64,000 nt of DNA from Candidatus Doudnabacteria bacterium (GTDB lineage Bacteria > Patescibacteriota > JAQUNI01): contig JBAZQX010000001.1 of the NCBI GenBank assembly GCA_041644975.1, forward strand, positions 103,274 to 167,273. The letters run 5' to 3'. Positions 48,063 through 57,592 of this stretch are shown piece by piece; position 1 is the first letter of the stretch; each line of letters starts with the position of its first letter. The notes under the pieces are model-generated. The model had not been told where the DNA came from. It saw only the letters and a program-made list of their open reading frames with translations, and searched no databases. The position numbers and the translations under genes are program-made.

Positions 48063-48974
48063 TTACCTTTTTTTAGCTAAATAGTTGAATGCCGAAATCG
48101 CAGCTTTCGCTCCTTCGCCCGCGGCAATCACAATCTGCTCATACGGTATGTCCGTGATGTCACCGCAAGCAAAGATGCCTTCTTGGCTTGTTTGGCAGAA
48201 TCTGTCTATTTTTATTTTGCCCTCATTATTTAATTCTAGTAAGTCTTTAATCAATTCCGTGTTGGGCATACCTCCGATTTCGACAAATACACCATCTATT
48301 TTTAAATTTTTAATTGCATTAGTCTTGCTATTTTTTATTTTGGCGCCACGCACAAAATTATCACCATAGATTTCCATAATTTCAGTATTGTTGAGAATTT
48401 GCGTTTTTGCTTGTGTTTTTATTTTATCTAAAAGTAAGGGATCACCAGCGCATTTTGATTCTTTTTCAATTAGGTAAACTTGATTTGCGGTTTTTTCCAT
48501 TTGAATTACCGCTTCTAAACCGCTATTCCCGCTCCCGACAATGGCGACTATCTTATTGGCAAAAAGCGGACCATCGCAAGTGGCGCAATAGGTTACACCT
48601 TTGCCTTGGAATTTTTTTTCACCTGGCACGTTTAAAGGCCGCGGTTTTTTACCTATAGCGAGGATTAATGTTTTGGCTTCATACTCTTCTGTTGCGGTTT
48701 TCACCACAAAGTGAAGAGATGTTGTTTTGCGAATATCTATTACCCTTTCATTTTTTGTAGTGACGGCAAATTTTTGAAGATGTTCTGTAAATTGTTGGGC
48801 CAGTGAAGCGCCGGTTGTGTCTGAAAATCCGGGATAATTTTCAATTTCCCAAGTCTCTAAAATTTGACCGCCAATATTTTCGGTAATAAGCAGAGAGTTT
48901 AATTTTTTGCGTGCGGCGTAAATGGCGGCTGAAACTCCGGCAGGGCCTCCGCCGATAATGATTGTGTCATACAT
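48063..48974 (-). CDS. trxB: Thioredoxin-disulfide reductase
   Basis: IIGGGPAGVSAAIYAARK, redox-active CATCDG and a second NAD(P)-binding GxGxxG. Confidence 0.85.
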   Translation of the reverse strand: MYDTIIIGGGPAGVSAAIYAARKKLNSLLITENIGGQILETWEIENYPGFSDTTGASLAQQFTEHLQKFAVTTKNERVIDIRKTTSLHFVVKTATEEYEAKTLILAIGKKPRPLNVPGEKKFQGKGVTYCATCDGPLFANKIVAIVGSGNSGLEAVIQMEKTANQVYLIEKESKCAGDPLLLDKIKTQAKTQILNNTEIMEIYGDNFVRGAKIKNSKTNAIKNLKIDGVFVEIGGMPNTELIKDLLELNNEGKIKIDRFCQTSQEGIFACGDITDIPYEQIVIAAGEGAKAAISAFNYLAKKR

Positions 48975-48983
48975 ATTATTTTG

Positions 48984-49069
48984 AATAAGGAATCAGGAAT
49001 AATGAATAATGAATAGAATTATAATAGATATATAAAAATCATAATTCCTTATTCATAATTCATAATTCG
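48984..49069. repeat. Inverted heptad array (GAATAAT / TCATAAT flavour) in the fpg-trxB spacer. The right arm overlaps the last 7 codons of fpg.
   Basis: ggaatca ggaataa tgaataa tgaatag ... tcataat tccttat tcataat tcataat tcg. Confidence 0.55.
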
Positions 49070-49894
49070 TTTTTGGCATTTGGGGCAAAAATGTGCTGAT
49101 CTGCCGCCGATTTTGACGCGCGCAATTTTTGTTCCACACCTGAAACATGGTTTTCCCGTACGACGATAAATCTTTAGTTTCACTGCATATTGCCCTTTCT
49201 CGCCACGAATGTCACGGTAAGTATCTACGCTAGTACCCTGCGCCCTGATAGCATCTCTAAGGATTTTTTTAATACCTATGTAAAGCTTCCTTATTTTTTC
49301 ATCCGAAATTTTGTTTGCTGGCGTGTTGGGATGAATTACAGCATAAAATAGAACCTCATCTGAATAAATATTTCCTAAGCCACTAATTTTTGACTGGTCT
49401 AAAAGGAGAGCCTTAATTTTCGTTCTATTGTGTTGCAGAATATTTTTAAAGTTCTGTAAGATAAATGTTTTGTCAAAGGGTTCTGGTCCTAATTTTTGAA
49501 TTTTGTCAAAATTATTTTCTATTTGTGTCTTTGGATAAAGCCACATTTGACCAAAGAGGCGCAGGTCATTAAAACGCAGTTCCAGATTCTTGCCCAATTG
49601 GAAGATTGCGCGATTAAAAGGATCTTGGGGGTGAGTGGATTTGCGCACAAATAATTGGCCAGTGAGACGAAGATGAATCGCTAAAACCAATCCGCCGGAG
49701 AGTTCTAGTAAAATAATCTTACCTCGCCTTTTGACATTTAAAATTTTTTTGCCTTTGATTTGTCTTTGAAAGTCAGCAAGTTTATGCGTTACCGCCATTT
49801 TGGGCGCACTGCAAGAAAAATCGGTGATCGTTTTATTTTTAATTTCACGATTAAGTTGGCGGACGATTGTTTCAACTTCGGGAAGTTCAGGCAT
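49049..49894 (-). CDS. mutM: Formamidopyrimidine-DNA glycosylase (Fpg/Nei family)
   Basis: MPELPEVE N-terminus (catalytic Pro2/Glu3), an H2TH region and a C-terminal zinc finger CFRCG...CPKC. Confidence 0.85.
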   Translation of the reverse strand: MPELPEVETIVRQLNREIKNKTITDFSCSAPKMAVTHKLADFQRQIKGKKILNVKRRGKIILLELSGGLVLAIHLRLTGQLFVRKSTHPQDPFNRAIFQLGKNLELRFNDLRLFGQMWLYPKTQIENNFDKIQKLGPEPFDKTFILQNFKNILQHNRTKIKALLLDQSKISGLGNIYSDEVLFYAVIHPNTPANKISDEKIRKLYIGIKKILRDAIRAQGTSVDTYRDIRGEKGQYAVKLKIYRRTGKPCFRCGTKIARVKIGGRSAHFCPKCQKRIMNYE

Positions 49895-49914
49895 AAGTCA
49901 TAGTTATATGTCAA

Positions 49915-50886
49915 TCATTTAACAATTGATATAGTTCCATTCTGGGTATCTATTTTTACCATATCTCCATCTTTTAATACTTTAGTTGCGATTTTGGTGT
50001 TAATGATGCAAGGCTTTTTTAACTCACGACTGATTATGGCCGCGTGACTTAGAATGCCCCCATCATCAGCGATAATAGCTTTACATCCTGTAACCAAAGA
50101 AATTAACGGTTGGGCCATACGCGGACAGACAAGGATGCAATCCTGCGTAATTTTGGCAGTAATATTTGGCTGATCAGGATTTTTGATGACTAAAATTGTC
50201 CCCAAAATAGATTGATTAGTCTTGAATGTTGCGACCCCCTTCAATTCTTGAATATTTGTTGGCAAAATTTTGCTAATAGGTTTTTCCGAAACCAATCCTT
50301 TATATTTTTTTATTATTTTTTGGACTTTTTTATATATAGAAATATTACGCATCTTTTTCGCAGAAGATGCTATCTCTTGCAAATGAGTAAAGATACGCTT
50401 AGCCTTCTCTCCAATTTCCTCAGAGTGTTTATCTAAATGTTTTTCTATGACCATCAAACTACCACCTACGTCTAATAAAAAAATTTCTTTGTTTTGAGTC
50501 AGCGCACTTTTAAGTTTATATTTGAAAGAATGCTGTTTGAGTAAAATAGAAAAATTCCGATCTAGGTAAGGAATTAAATCAAAATTAAAACCAGATTTTT
50601 TTTGAAACTTTTTATATTCCCTGTCATATCTACTTTTGTTAGGGATATTTGTTTCTACGCCTATAAGATTTTTATCTACCTGCCAGGGAATTCTTGATGT
50701 TCTTACAAAAATGTTAAAATGGCCTGGTCTCAAGCTTTTTTTAATTTTGTATCCCTGCAAAATCTCTGCATAATGCAAAGCCAATATCCAATCCGATGGT
50801 CTAATGCCCCATTTCAAAAATATTTGACTGATCTCCAATAATACCTCCTTCAGTGCCTTTAAATTTTCATTATTATTTAATTTCAT
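49915..50886 (-). CDS. Protein with C-terminal PEP-utilizing-enzyme mobile (phospho-His swivel) domain and an unknown N-terminal domain
   Basis: C-terminal GGILSHAAIISRELKKPCIINTKIATKVLKDGDMVKIDT matches the swivel-domain consensus (GGxxSHAAIxAREL). It is a paralog of the 51977..53494 C-terminus. Confidence 0.55.
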   Translation of the reverse strand: MKLNNNENLKALKEVLLEISQIFLKWGIRPSDWILALHYAEILQGYKIKKSLRPGHFNIFVRTSRIPWQVDKNLIGVETNIPNKSRYDREYKKFQKKSGFNFDLIPYLDRNFSILLKQHSFKYKLKSALTQNKEIFLLDVGGSLMVIEKHLDKHSEEIGEKAKRIFTHLQEIASSAKKMRNISIYKKVQKIIKKYKGLVSEKPISKILPTNIQELKGVATFKTNQSILGTILVIKNPDQPNITAKITQDCILVCPRMAQPLISLVTGCKAIIADDGGILSHAAIISRELKKPCIINTKIATKVLKDGDMVKIDTQNGTISIVK

Positions 50887-51925
50887 ACTTATTTAGAACC
50901 TCTTTTAAACGCTTAACGAAATCTTGCACAAAATTAAATATTTTTCTTTTTTCCATATCGTCGCCAACGCTCTCCTGTTGGTTAATTTTTTCAAAATAAT
51001 CAATGAACTCTCGAGCAATCTCAAAATCTCCTTTGTTAATAGTATCTCGGCTTCTTTCTTGGGAGGGCCTTATAATCGCCATAACGCCGTAGGTTTCAAT
51101 AAAATCCTTTAAATCTGGTCTATCTTTCATTATTGCAAGTTCCCTATTAAACTCATTAATAACCTCCTTTAAATATTTAATTTTGCTTTCTATTTGAGGA
51201 TCCGCCTTTTCCAGCCACTCGGCCAATTCTGGGTCTTCCAGGAGGTGTTCTCTTTTTTTAAACCAAAGGTTCATAAAATTAGGAATATCCTCTACATCAA
51301 GATCAGCAAACGGTCTTTTGTTACTATTTTCATAGGGAGTAAAATTGCAAAAAGCGAAAAAAATAGTTGGCTCTTGGTTGACTATTTTGTCGGCGATATA
51401 CAAACTCCTTTCTATGACATCCCTTTCATTAAATTTTTTATCTTTATCCTTAGTGTACTCCAAAGTGCCGCCAGGACCAATTCTAAAACCGTGTCCTGCT
51501 ATAGCATTAGTGATTCTATCTATCATCTCTTGCGAAATAGGATGTCTCTTTTGCCAACTTTCGCTGGAAATAACATATCTGGTAGCCTTAGCGCTTTCTA
51601 TTGCCTCGTCGCCATCAGGATCATAGTCCCAGTCTTTTTTCATTTTCTCTATTAGTTTTTCATCTTGCACTAATCCCGGCTGAATAGCGTCATGGCCTAA
51701 ACCGGCGATAAAAATGGCTTCCAGCTCTTCCTTATTAGCGCCAAGCATTTTCCCTATCCGCGGTGATTCTTGAGCCACCATTTGCATATGGTTCCATGAG
51801 TGGGATTTAGGGATGCCAGAACGGCTCTCCAGCCACATCCTGGTATATCTCTCTGCAACCTCCCGCCATTTTTCTTGGTCAAAAGGCTGTTCTCGCTCAA
51901 TATTTTCCATATTTTCTATTCCCAT
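50873..51925 (-). CDS. HD-domain phosphohydrolase, unknown specificity
   Basis: H...HD signature (WNHMQMV...LGHDAI). Overlaps neighbours on both sides. Confidence 0.5.
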   Translation of the reverse strand: MGIENMENIEREQPFDQEKWREVAERYTRMWLESRSGIPKSHSWNHMQMVAQESPRIGKMLGANKEELEAIFIAGLGHDAIQPGLVQDEKLIEKMKKDWDYDPDGDEAIESAKATRYVISSESWQKRHPISQEMIDRITNAIAGHGFRIGPGGTLEYTKDKDKKFNERDVIERSLYIADKIVNQEPTIFFAFCNFTPYENSNKRPFADLDVEDIPNFMNLWFKKREHLLEDPELAEWLEKADPQIESKIKYLKEVINEFNRELAIMKDRPDLKDFIETYGVMAIIRPSQERSRDTINKGDFEIAREFIDYFEKINQQESVGDDMEKRKIFNFVQDFVKRLKEVLNKYEIK

Positions 51926-51976
51926 ATTTAATTCTAACTATTTAATTGGAGGTTAATTTTTTTTGAACAGTTAGTG

Positions 51977-53494
51977 TTATATTTTTTTCACAATGCCTTT
52001 ATAAGCATCTACTTCTATCATATCTCCATCCTTAAGTATTTTGGTAGCTATTTTTGTTCCCACCACGCAGGGAATTTCTAGTTCTCGGGAGATGATAGCC
52101 GCATGAGATAAGATCCCGCCTTCGTCAGTGACAATAGCGCTTGCTTTGTGGCAAGCCTCTATAAGTTGTGGTTTGGTGCTGCCAGACACCAAGATATCTC
52201 CCTTTTGCATCTTTTTTATCTCTTCTTTCTGGGAATTAGAATGGGAATAAATGATTTTTACCCTTCCTTTCACACGACCCGGGCTGACTGGTGTACCTTT
52301 TAAAATCATATCATTGTCTACAATAATTTGATCAAGACCTTCTTCTTTAATAATCCGATCCACGTCTTTATTTGTGAATAACTGAAATTTCCCATTATAC
52401 AACCGAGCAATATATTGAATTTTCCTTTCTTTGATTCTCGGAAGGAAACTTTTTTTATTCCCTTTTAAACAAACTGCCACCTCTTCGGGTAGAAGAAATT
52501 TTACATCAAGTTGATTCACATTTAATCTTTTTCCTATTTGCCTAAAGAGTGCTTTAGTATAATAAGCGCCTTTGGTCCAAGCAATGCGAAGATTAATCCT
52601 TAAAAGTCCCATCTCTTGCATTGACTTTGTTGTATTGACAATGAGATGGTTGTTATAAATGAGCTTTATAATCCTATGCTTTTTTTCTTCCACTTGAAAA
52701 GGAAGCTCCTTGATCTTTCTAATTGATTGCTCCACTTCTTTTAAACTTAATCTTGCTAGATCTGTTTTTAATAATTCTAAATAATAATCTGAGTCTTTAA
52801 AAGGTGATTCAAGCGTAGGAAGCCAGCCATATTTTTTAGAATGGGCGCTGATAACTTGTTTAGTATATTTATCATTTAAAATTTCTGCGATCTTTGCACC
52901 TTTCAATTTCCGTTTTAGCATTTCCTTCAATATTTTCAGCCAGTCCAGTTCTTCCTTGGTTAACAGATGAGTTTCTGTGGGTTGGGTGAGTTTTTGCAGA
53001 AAATAAAGAGCTTGGTTTTCATCTTTGATAATTTTTACTATCTCGTTTTTTAAATAAATCTCGGTAGCTTCAAAGACTTCCGGCTGACTCATATCGTAAG
53101 CCACGTAAATATTACGAAAACATTGGAGATATTCTTGATAACAATCTAAAAGCGCTGAATTATTGGTCTTTACTAAGTCAATGCTGCTGAGCTTTTCTAA
53201 AAAATTATCCATCTGATCTATGACTTGCCTAGAAAAACTAATATTCCCTGACATCTTTTTTCTATTTAGGGTTACTTTCAACCATTGCTTTTTTAGTTTT
53301 TCATTTTCTTGCGACAGCCGATAAAACGAAATTTTAATGCCTTTTGCGATAACTAAAATATTTTTATTTTCAGCCCCCAAAGATTTATGAGCGAAAGTTG
53401 ACAATGCGGTATAAATACTCATTAGAGAATGACGAGAGTCAAATCTTTTAAGCCATTTATTTTGTTCCATAATAACAGATTTTAATTTGGTCAT
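51977..53494 (-). CDS. Protein with C-terminal PEP-utilizing-enzyme mobile (swivel) domain and a ~400-aa N-terminal domain unlike the PPDK_N ATP-grasp
   Basis: C-terminal GTPVSPGRVKGRVKII...GDILVSGSTKPQLIEACHKASAIVTDEGGILSHAAIISRELEIPCVVG aligns with the PpsA central domain. No RSSxxxED ATP-grasp motif upstream. Confidence 0.55.
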   Translation of the reverse strand: MTKLKSVIMEQNKWLKRFDSRHSLMSIYTALSTFAHKSLGAENKNILVIAKGIKISFYRLSQENEKLKKQWLKVTLNRKKMSGNISFSRQVIDQMDNFLEKLSSIDLVKTNNSALLDCYQEYLQCFRNIYVAYDMSQPEVFEATEIYLKNEIVKIIKDENQALYFLQKLTQPTETHLLTKEELDWLKILKEMLKRKLKGAKIAEILNDKYTKQVISAHSKKYGWLPTLESPFKDSDYYLELLKTDLARLSLKEVEQSIRKIKELPFQVEEKKHRIIKLIYNNHLIVNTTKSMQEMGLLRINLRIAWTKGAYYTKALFRQIGKRLNVNQLDVKFLLPEEVAVCLKGNKKSFLPRIKERKIQYIARLYNGKFQLFTNKDVDRIIKEEGLDQIIVDNDMILKGTPVSPGRVKGRVKIIYSHSNSQKEEIKKMQKGDILVSGSTKPQLIEACHKASAIVTDEGGILSHAAIISRELEIPCVVGTKIATKILKDGDMIEVDAYKGIVKKI

Positions 53495-54948
53495 TCTTTC
53501 CCAATCATCACTGCAATGGGCTGGAGGCGCGCGACTTTTTTAGTAATGCCGCACTCCACGAGAGTGTCCACAACTAGGTCAATATCTTTATAGACCATCG
53601 GCGCTTCGTCTAAAACCTCGCGCACATTGCGGAAGTTGGTTAGGATTGAACCTAATTTTTGTTCAAATTCTTGGGGGGTGATTGTTCTTTTTGCTTCATT
53701 GCGGCTCATCCTGCGGCCAGCGCCGTGATTAACTGAATAAAAGGTCTCCGCCGCGGCTTCGGTGCCCACTAAAATATAGGAAGGCGTAGCCATTGAGCCA
53801 GGGACTAAAACAGGGTGACCAGTTTTTTGGTAAATTTTTGGATTTTGGGGGTGTCCGGCAGGTAGTGCTCTAGTCGCGCCTTTGCGGTGGATAAGATATT
53901 GTCCGCCTTTTTGAGCAGGTTCAAACTTGGCAATATTATGGGCAACATCATATAAAAGATCCATACCTAACTCTTTTGCTGACTTTCCAAAATGTCTTTC
54001 AAAAGCTTCACGGACATAGTGCATAATGAGATGTCGATTCCCAAAAGCAAAGTTGACTGCGGCGGCCATAGCGCTCCAATACTGTTGTCCTGTTTTTGAC
54101 GTGATAGGCACAGCGGCAAGCTCCTTAGAAGGAATGTGAATACCTTCTTTTTGCGCCTCTTCGGGCATTAATCGCATATAATCATCCCCGATTTGGTGAC
54201 CAAAACCGCGCGAGCCGCAGTGGATCATTATGCAAATATTACTTTCTTTGAGATCAAATTGGTCGGCTAGTTCTTGGTCGAATATTTTATCAATAACTTG
54301 AATATCAATAAAATGGTTGCCTCCCCCTAAAGTCCCGAGCTGGTCGCGACCTCTTTTTTGGGCGCGTTCAGAGACGAACTCCAAAGTGCCCCCAATAAGG
54401 CACCCTTCCTCTTCTGTGTGGGAAAGGTCTTCTAGGGAGCCATACCCTTTTTTGACTAAAATTTTAATTCCTTCCTCGGCTACTTCTTTTAAAGCCACAT
54501 TAGGAAGCACCCCCTGCCAGCCTGATTTTCCTGTTCCCATCGGCACATGTTTCTCAATGTCCTGCATCAAGCCTCTTAATTTAGGTTTATCAATTGTTTT
54601 TGTGCCAGAAAGATAGAAGTAGTTAGCGGGGAGATCGGTTTTTATAAGACGCACGCCACAGTTAATATCATAGCCGACTGCTCCAGCCGAGATGAGACCC
54701 TTTTTACTATCCATCGCCATTACTCCTCCAATCGGCAGTCCAAAACCTTCATGGATATCCGGCATACCGATTACTGGTTCTAAAACACCAGTAAGGGAAG
54801 CGGCGGCGGTTAATTGTTCTAATGAGCGGTCGCTAAAGGTTTCTTTTTTCAACTCTTGCTTAACATAAACCACCGCATCCACAAGCATATCTCCTTGTTT
54901 TTTGATGCGGAAACGATTTTTTCCGTCAGGAATTAAATTATATCGCAT
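53491..54948 (-). CDS. rtcB: RtcB family RNA 3'-phosphate ligase
   Basis: 485 aa; conserved metal-binding His and HGAGR region (NHGAGRRMSRNEAKR); 4-nt overlap with the downstream gene. Confidence 0.85.
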   Translation of the reverse strand: MRYNLIPDGKNRFRIKKQGDMLVDAVVYVKQELKKETFSDRSLEQLTAAASLTGVLEPVIGMPDIHEGFGLPIGGVMAMDSKKGLISAGAVGYDINCGVRLIKTDLPANYFYLSGTKTIDKPKLRGLMQDIEKHVPMGTGKSGWQGVLPNVALKEVAEEGIKILVKKGYGSLEDLSHTEEEGCLIGGTLEFVSERAQKRGRDQLGTLGGGNHFIDIQVIDKIFDQELADQFDLKESNICIMIHCGSRGFGHQIGDDYMRLMPEEAQKEGIHIPSKELAAVPITSKTGQQYWSAMAAAVNFAFGNRHLIMHYVREAFERHFGKSAKELGMDLLYDVAHNIAKFEPAQKGGQYLIHRKGATRALPAGHPQNPKIYQKTGHPVLVPGSMATPSYILVGTEAAAETFYSVNHGAGRRMSRNEAKRTITPQEFEQKLGSILTNFRNVREVLDEAPMVYKDIDLVVDTLVECGITKKVARLQPIAVMIGKE

Positions 54949-54950
54949 AG

Positions 54951-55008
54951 GAAGTAATGAGTAATGAATATTATCGTTATTAAGACCACTTTACTTTACT
55001 CATTACGG
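54951..55008. repeat. Inverted heptad array (AGTAATG / CATTACT) between ferredoxin and rtcB
   Basis: gaagtaatg agtaatg aatatta ... ctttact ttactcattac. Confidence 0.5.
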
Positions 55009-55200
55009 TTACACATTGCTTATAGTAATCGCTTCTACAGGGCAAGATTTAGCGGTTTCTTCTATATCGCAGGTAGCGCAGCCGTCGTTTTCTATGACTT
55101 TAGCCTTAGAGGTTTCATTATCCATTGCAAAGACTTCAGGGCACATTGCGGCGCAAGTGCCGCAACCAATGCATTTTTCTTGATCAAGGGTGATTTTCAC
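55009..55200 (-). CDS. 4Fe-4S ferredoxin (small, 2 x CxxCxxCxxxCP)
   Basis: CIGCGTCAAMCP and CATCDIEETAKSCP. Confidence 0.7.
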   Translation of the reverse strand: MKITLDQEKCIGCGTCAAMCPEVFAMDNETSKAKVIENDGCATCDIEETAKSCPVEAITISNV

Positions 55201-55275
55201 GGTTTGTTTTAATTAAGGTTAATCCAATTATAAATCCCCTTCTTTGTGGTTTAAAGAAGATATTATTATTTATTC

Positions 55276-55416
55276 GACAAAGATATCATTTGCAGGTGGT
55301 TTGGCGACAACTACAATCAGAAGGGCAAGTGCATTTTTCTACTGTCTCACCGCAATCGCAAGGACACATTTTTGATTTTTCTTTTGTTTGGTCCTCTTTT
55401 GGGGAACCGCAGGAGC
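55276..55416 (-). CDS. Cys-rich mini-protein (46 aa, 11 Cys), metallothionein-like. Not in the ORF track.
   Basis: Hand translation of the minus strand: MSCGSCGSPKEDQTKEKSKMCPCDCGETVEKCTCPSDCSCRQTTCK. The listed plus-strand ORF 55290..55478 is its shadow. Confidence 0.4.
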
Positions 55417-55559
55417 CACAACTCATAATTTTAAATCAAAATTTAAAATGTAAAAATTCCCGGCCCGCCTCGCGTTAAATAGTTTACCAATAACTACTCA
55501 TTTATATCTATTAAATAACATAAATTTGAGAGACAAGTTAAAGGCGAGCGGGGCAGGCA

Positions 55560-55660
55560 AAATGACAGTTTAAAATTCAAAATGGATTTAATGTAAAATG
55601 ATTTTGAGTTTTAATTATTTTTTACATTTTACATTGTCTCGCCTGTCATGGCTACGTCAG
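55560..55660. repeat. AT-rich inverted heptad array (tgtaaaatg ... cattttacat)
   Basis: caaaatg gatttaa tgtaaaa tgatttt gagtttt aattatt ttttaca ttttaca. Shares aaaatgacagtt with 10150. Confidence 0.45.
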
Positions 55661-55690
55661 ATCTTCAGACGAGATCTCGTGAAGCGATGA

Positions 55691-55960
55691 TCATTTTACA
55701 TTTTGATCTTTGATTTTTGAATTTATAATAATTCTATCTATTTTTTCCTTATCAAATTCTGAAATAATTTCTTCTTTGCCATCTTTTTCCACAATAATTA
55801 CGGGGACGCCCATCTGACCAGTTTTCTGGATCATTTCTTCGGCTGCTTTTTGATCTGCGGCAACATTGACTTCTTCAAAAACAATATTATGTTGTTTTAA
55901 ATATTCTTTTGCAGTGACACAATGAGGGCAGGCAGGGGTGGAATAGATTTTGACTTTCAT
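55691..55960 (-). CDS. Glutaredoxin-like thioredoxin-fold protein (CPHC active site)
   Basis: KIYSTPACPHCVTAKEYL; 89 aa. Confidence 0.7.
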   Translation of the reverse strand: MKVKIYSTPACPHCVTAKEYLKQHNIVFEEVNVAADQKAAEEMIQKTGQMGVPVIIVEKDGKEEIISEFDKEKIDRIIINSKIKDQNVK

Positions 55961-55973
55961 AGTTTTAATGTAA

Positions 55974-56327
55974 TTAAAAGATTCCTAATTTTTTAATTTT
56001 TTCTAATTGAACGGAAGAGAGCACTTTATGTTTATACATCGCATTGATAATAATTTTGTAGAATTTTTGTCTTCTTCTATGTTGCCAAGTATCTACTTTC
56101 TTTTCTAGGAGTAATGTTTCTAAATCTTTTAAGATTCTATCTTGACCGGTTAGGATAGAATCTTTGAATTCGTTAAACTCTTTTTTACTCACAAGTTTTT
56201 CTAAATCTTTTTTGGTAGCGAAGTTATCTAAATCTTTTTTGGTAGCAAAAACCTCTTCCATCGCAGGTATGAGAACTTCGCGGATATCTTTAATAGTTAA
56301 TGGTTTGTTGTCTATGTTTCTGGGCAT
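55974..56327 (-). CDS. Hypothetical protein with an internal short duplication (ATKKDLDNF / ATKKDLEKL)
   Basis: ORF only. Confidence 0.35.
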   Translation of the reverse strand: MPRNIDNKPLTIKDIREVLIPAMEEVFATKKDLDNFATKKDLEKLVSKKEFNEFKDSILTGQDRILKDLETLLLEKKVDTWQHRRRQKFYKIIINAMYKHKVLSSVQLEKIKKLGIF

Positions 56328-56662
56328 ATTAGTAAAATTAACGCAAGGATATTATAGCATAACTTGATTTTGGCGGGAAGGGAAAGATATTGGTAGCCAG
56401 CGACCAGTAACAAATAATTGGTAAGGATTGGGGATGGCAGGTAAAAGTCGGTTATTTTCAATAATACCCTTGTTTGGGTGTCAGTCATTGTCGGATAAAA
56501 GCGGGAATTTTGAATTCCCAAATCAAAAAAACAAGAGTTTTTCTTGTCCTTTTTATGGTTTAAGCGACCAAGGTAAAGCTGAAACTTTCCCCTTGACCCG
56601 CCTAGACTCGGCGAGGCTGGTAAGGGGGAGGGATATTGTCTTGCCGCACTTTGAAGAAAAAT

Positions 56663-56708
56663 TATTTAAGATAATAAAAAAGGCTTCATACATTTCTATG
56701 TGAAGCCT
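56663..56708 (-). terminator. Rho-independent terminator candidate
   Basis: aggcttcata...tgtgaagcct stem followed by a U-run on the minus strand. Confidence 0.4.
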
Positions 56709-56734
56709 GGAATTGTAAGCGTACAATAAAAGAG

Positions 56735-57217
56735 CTAACTCGCGAGCAATGCCGCGGGGTCGCTCGCACTCCAATCAACGTCAAGCCAAAAGTAGCCCCA
56801 GCTCCACTTGTCGTCGCTGAAACAGAGGTAACGGATACAGAGGTTGTCCCTAGAGGAGCGAATGATGGTTCCCCAGAAGAAGATGTAGCCATTATTATTC
56901 TTCCAATCTTCTGGAATGAGGTCTGGATGCTCAAGAAGAGCATCCAGAATGTTGGGATGAAGCACGGGTTTTCCCGAAAGTTCTTTGCGAAGCTCATGCC
57001 CGCTCATCCGGCCATGCTTCTGTTGTTCGGATAGATAAAGAATAACCTTGCGACCATCTACATATAATTTGTTCTCGCGCTTCTCGACCTTAACCCACCC
57101 GCCACCACTATTCTTTTCAATTTTCGCGTCATCAGAGAGCAGTTTTGGCGGCGCATTAAGATTGACAAGAATAGCTGTTTCGCTCAACACCTTAAATCGT
57201 TCTTCATTATTTTCCAT
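56735..57217 (-). CDS. Hypothetical protein (160 aa)
   Basis: ORF only. Trp/aromatic-rich C-terminus. Confidence 0.4.
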   Translation of the reverse strand: MENNEERFKVLSETAILVNLNAPPKLLSDDAKIEKNSGGGWVKVEKRENKLYVDGRKVILYLSEQQKHGRMSGHELRKELSGKPVLHPNILDALLEHPDLIPEDWKNNNGYIFFWGTIIRSSRDNLCIRYLCFSDDKWSWGYFWLDVDWSASDPAALLAS

Positions 57218-57480
57218 TATTATAATTCTCCTTTTTCTTCAATACAAAACAAACAAAACTAATTTAACTAAGTACCATCTCTACTAAATAAACTTCTTAT
57301 TGATTCTTTCTCTGATAAATCTTAGTCAGCATTTCTGCTAAAATCCCAAAGCTCACCATTTGAAAACCAACAATTATTAGTCGTTGGGAGGCGTTAGATT
57401 GTTAAAGGTGCCTTTTATTTGGTGTATGACTATATCATATTTTAAGAAAAAGGTCAATAATTTGGAAGTGTTTTGGCTAA

Positions 57481-57513
57481 AAAATCGAAAAATGGCTTAA
57501 AATAAGCCATTTT
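57481..57513 (-). terminator. Rho-independent terminator (AATGGCT...AGCCATT stem) after the glycoside hydrolase gene
   Basis: aatggcttaaaataagccatt followed on the minus strand by a T-rich run. Confidence 0.5.
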
Positions 57514-57592
57514 ATAATAGTTCTCCCTCCCCCAGTACTATATAAGGTACGGGGCAAGCCTAACCTTCCTTTCTCAGGGGAGGAAAACCCTC

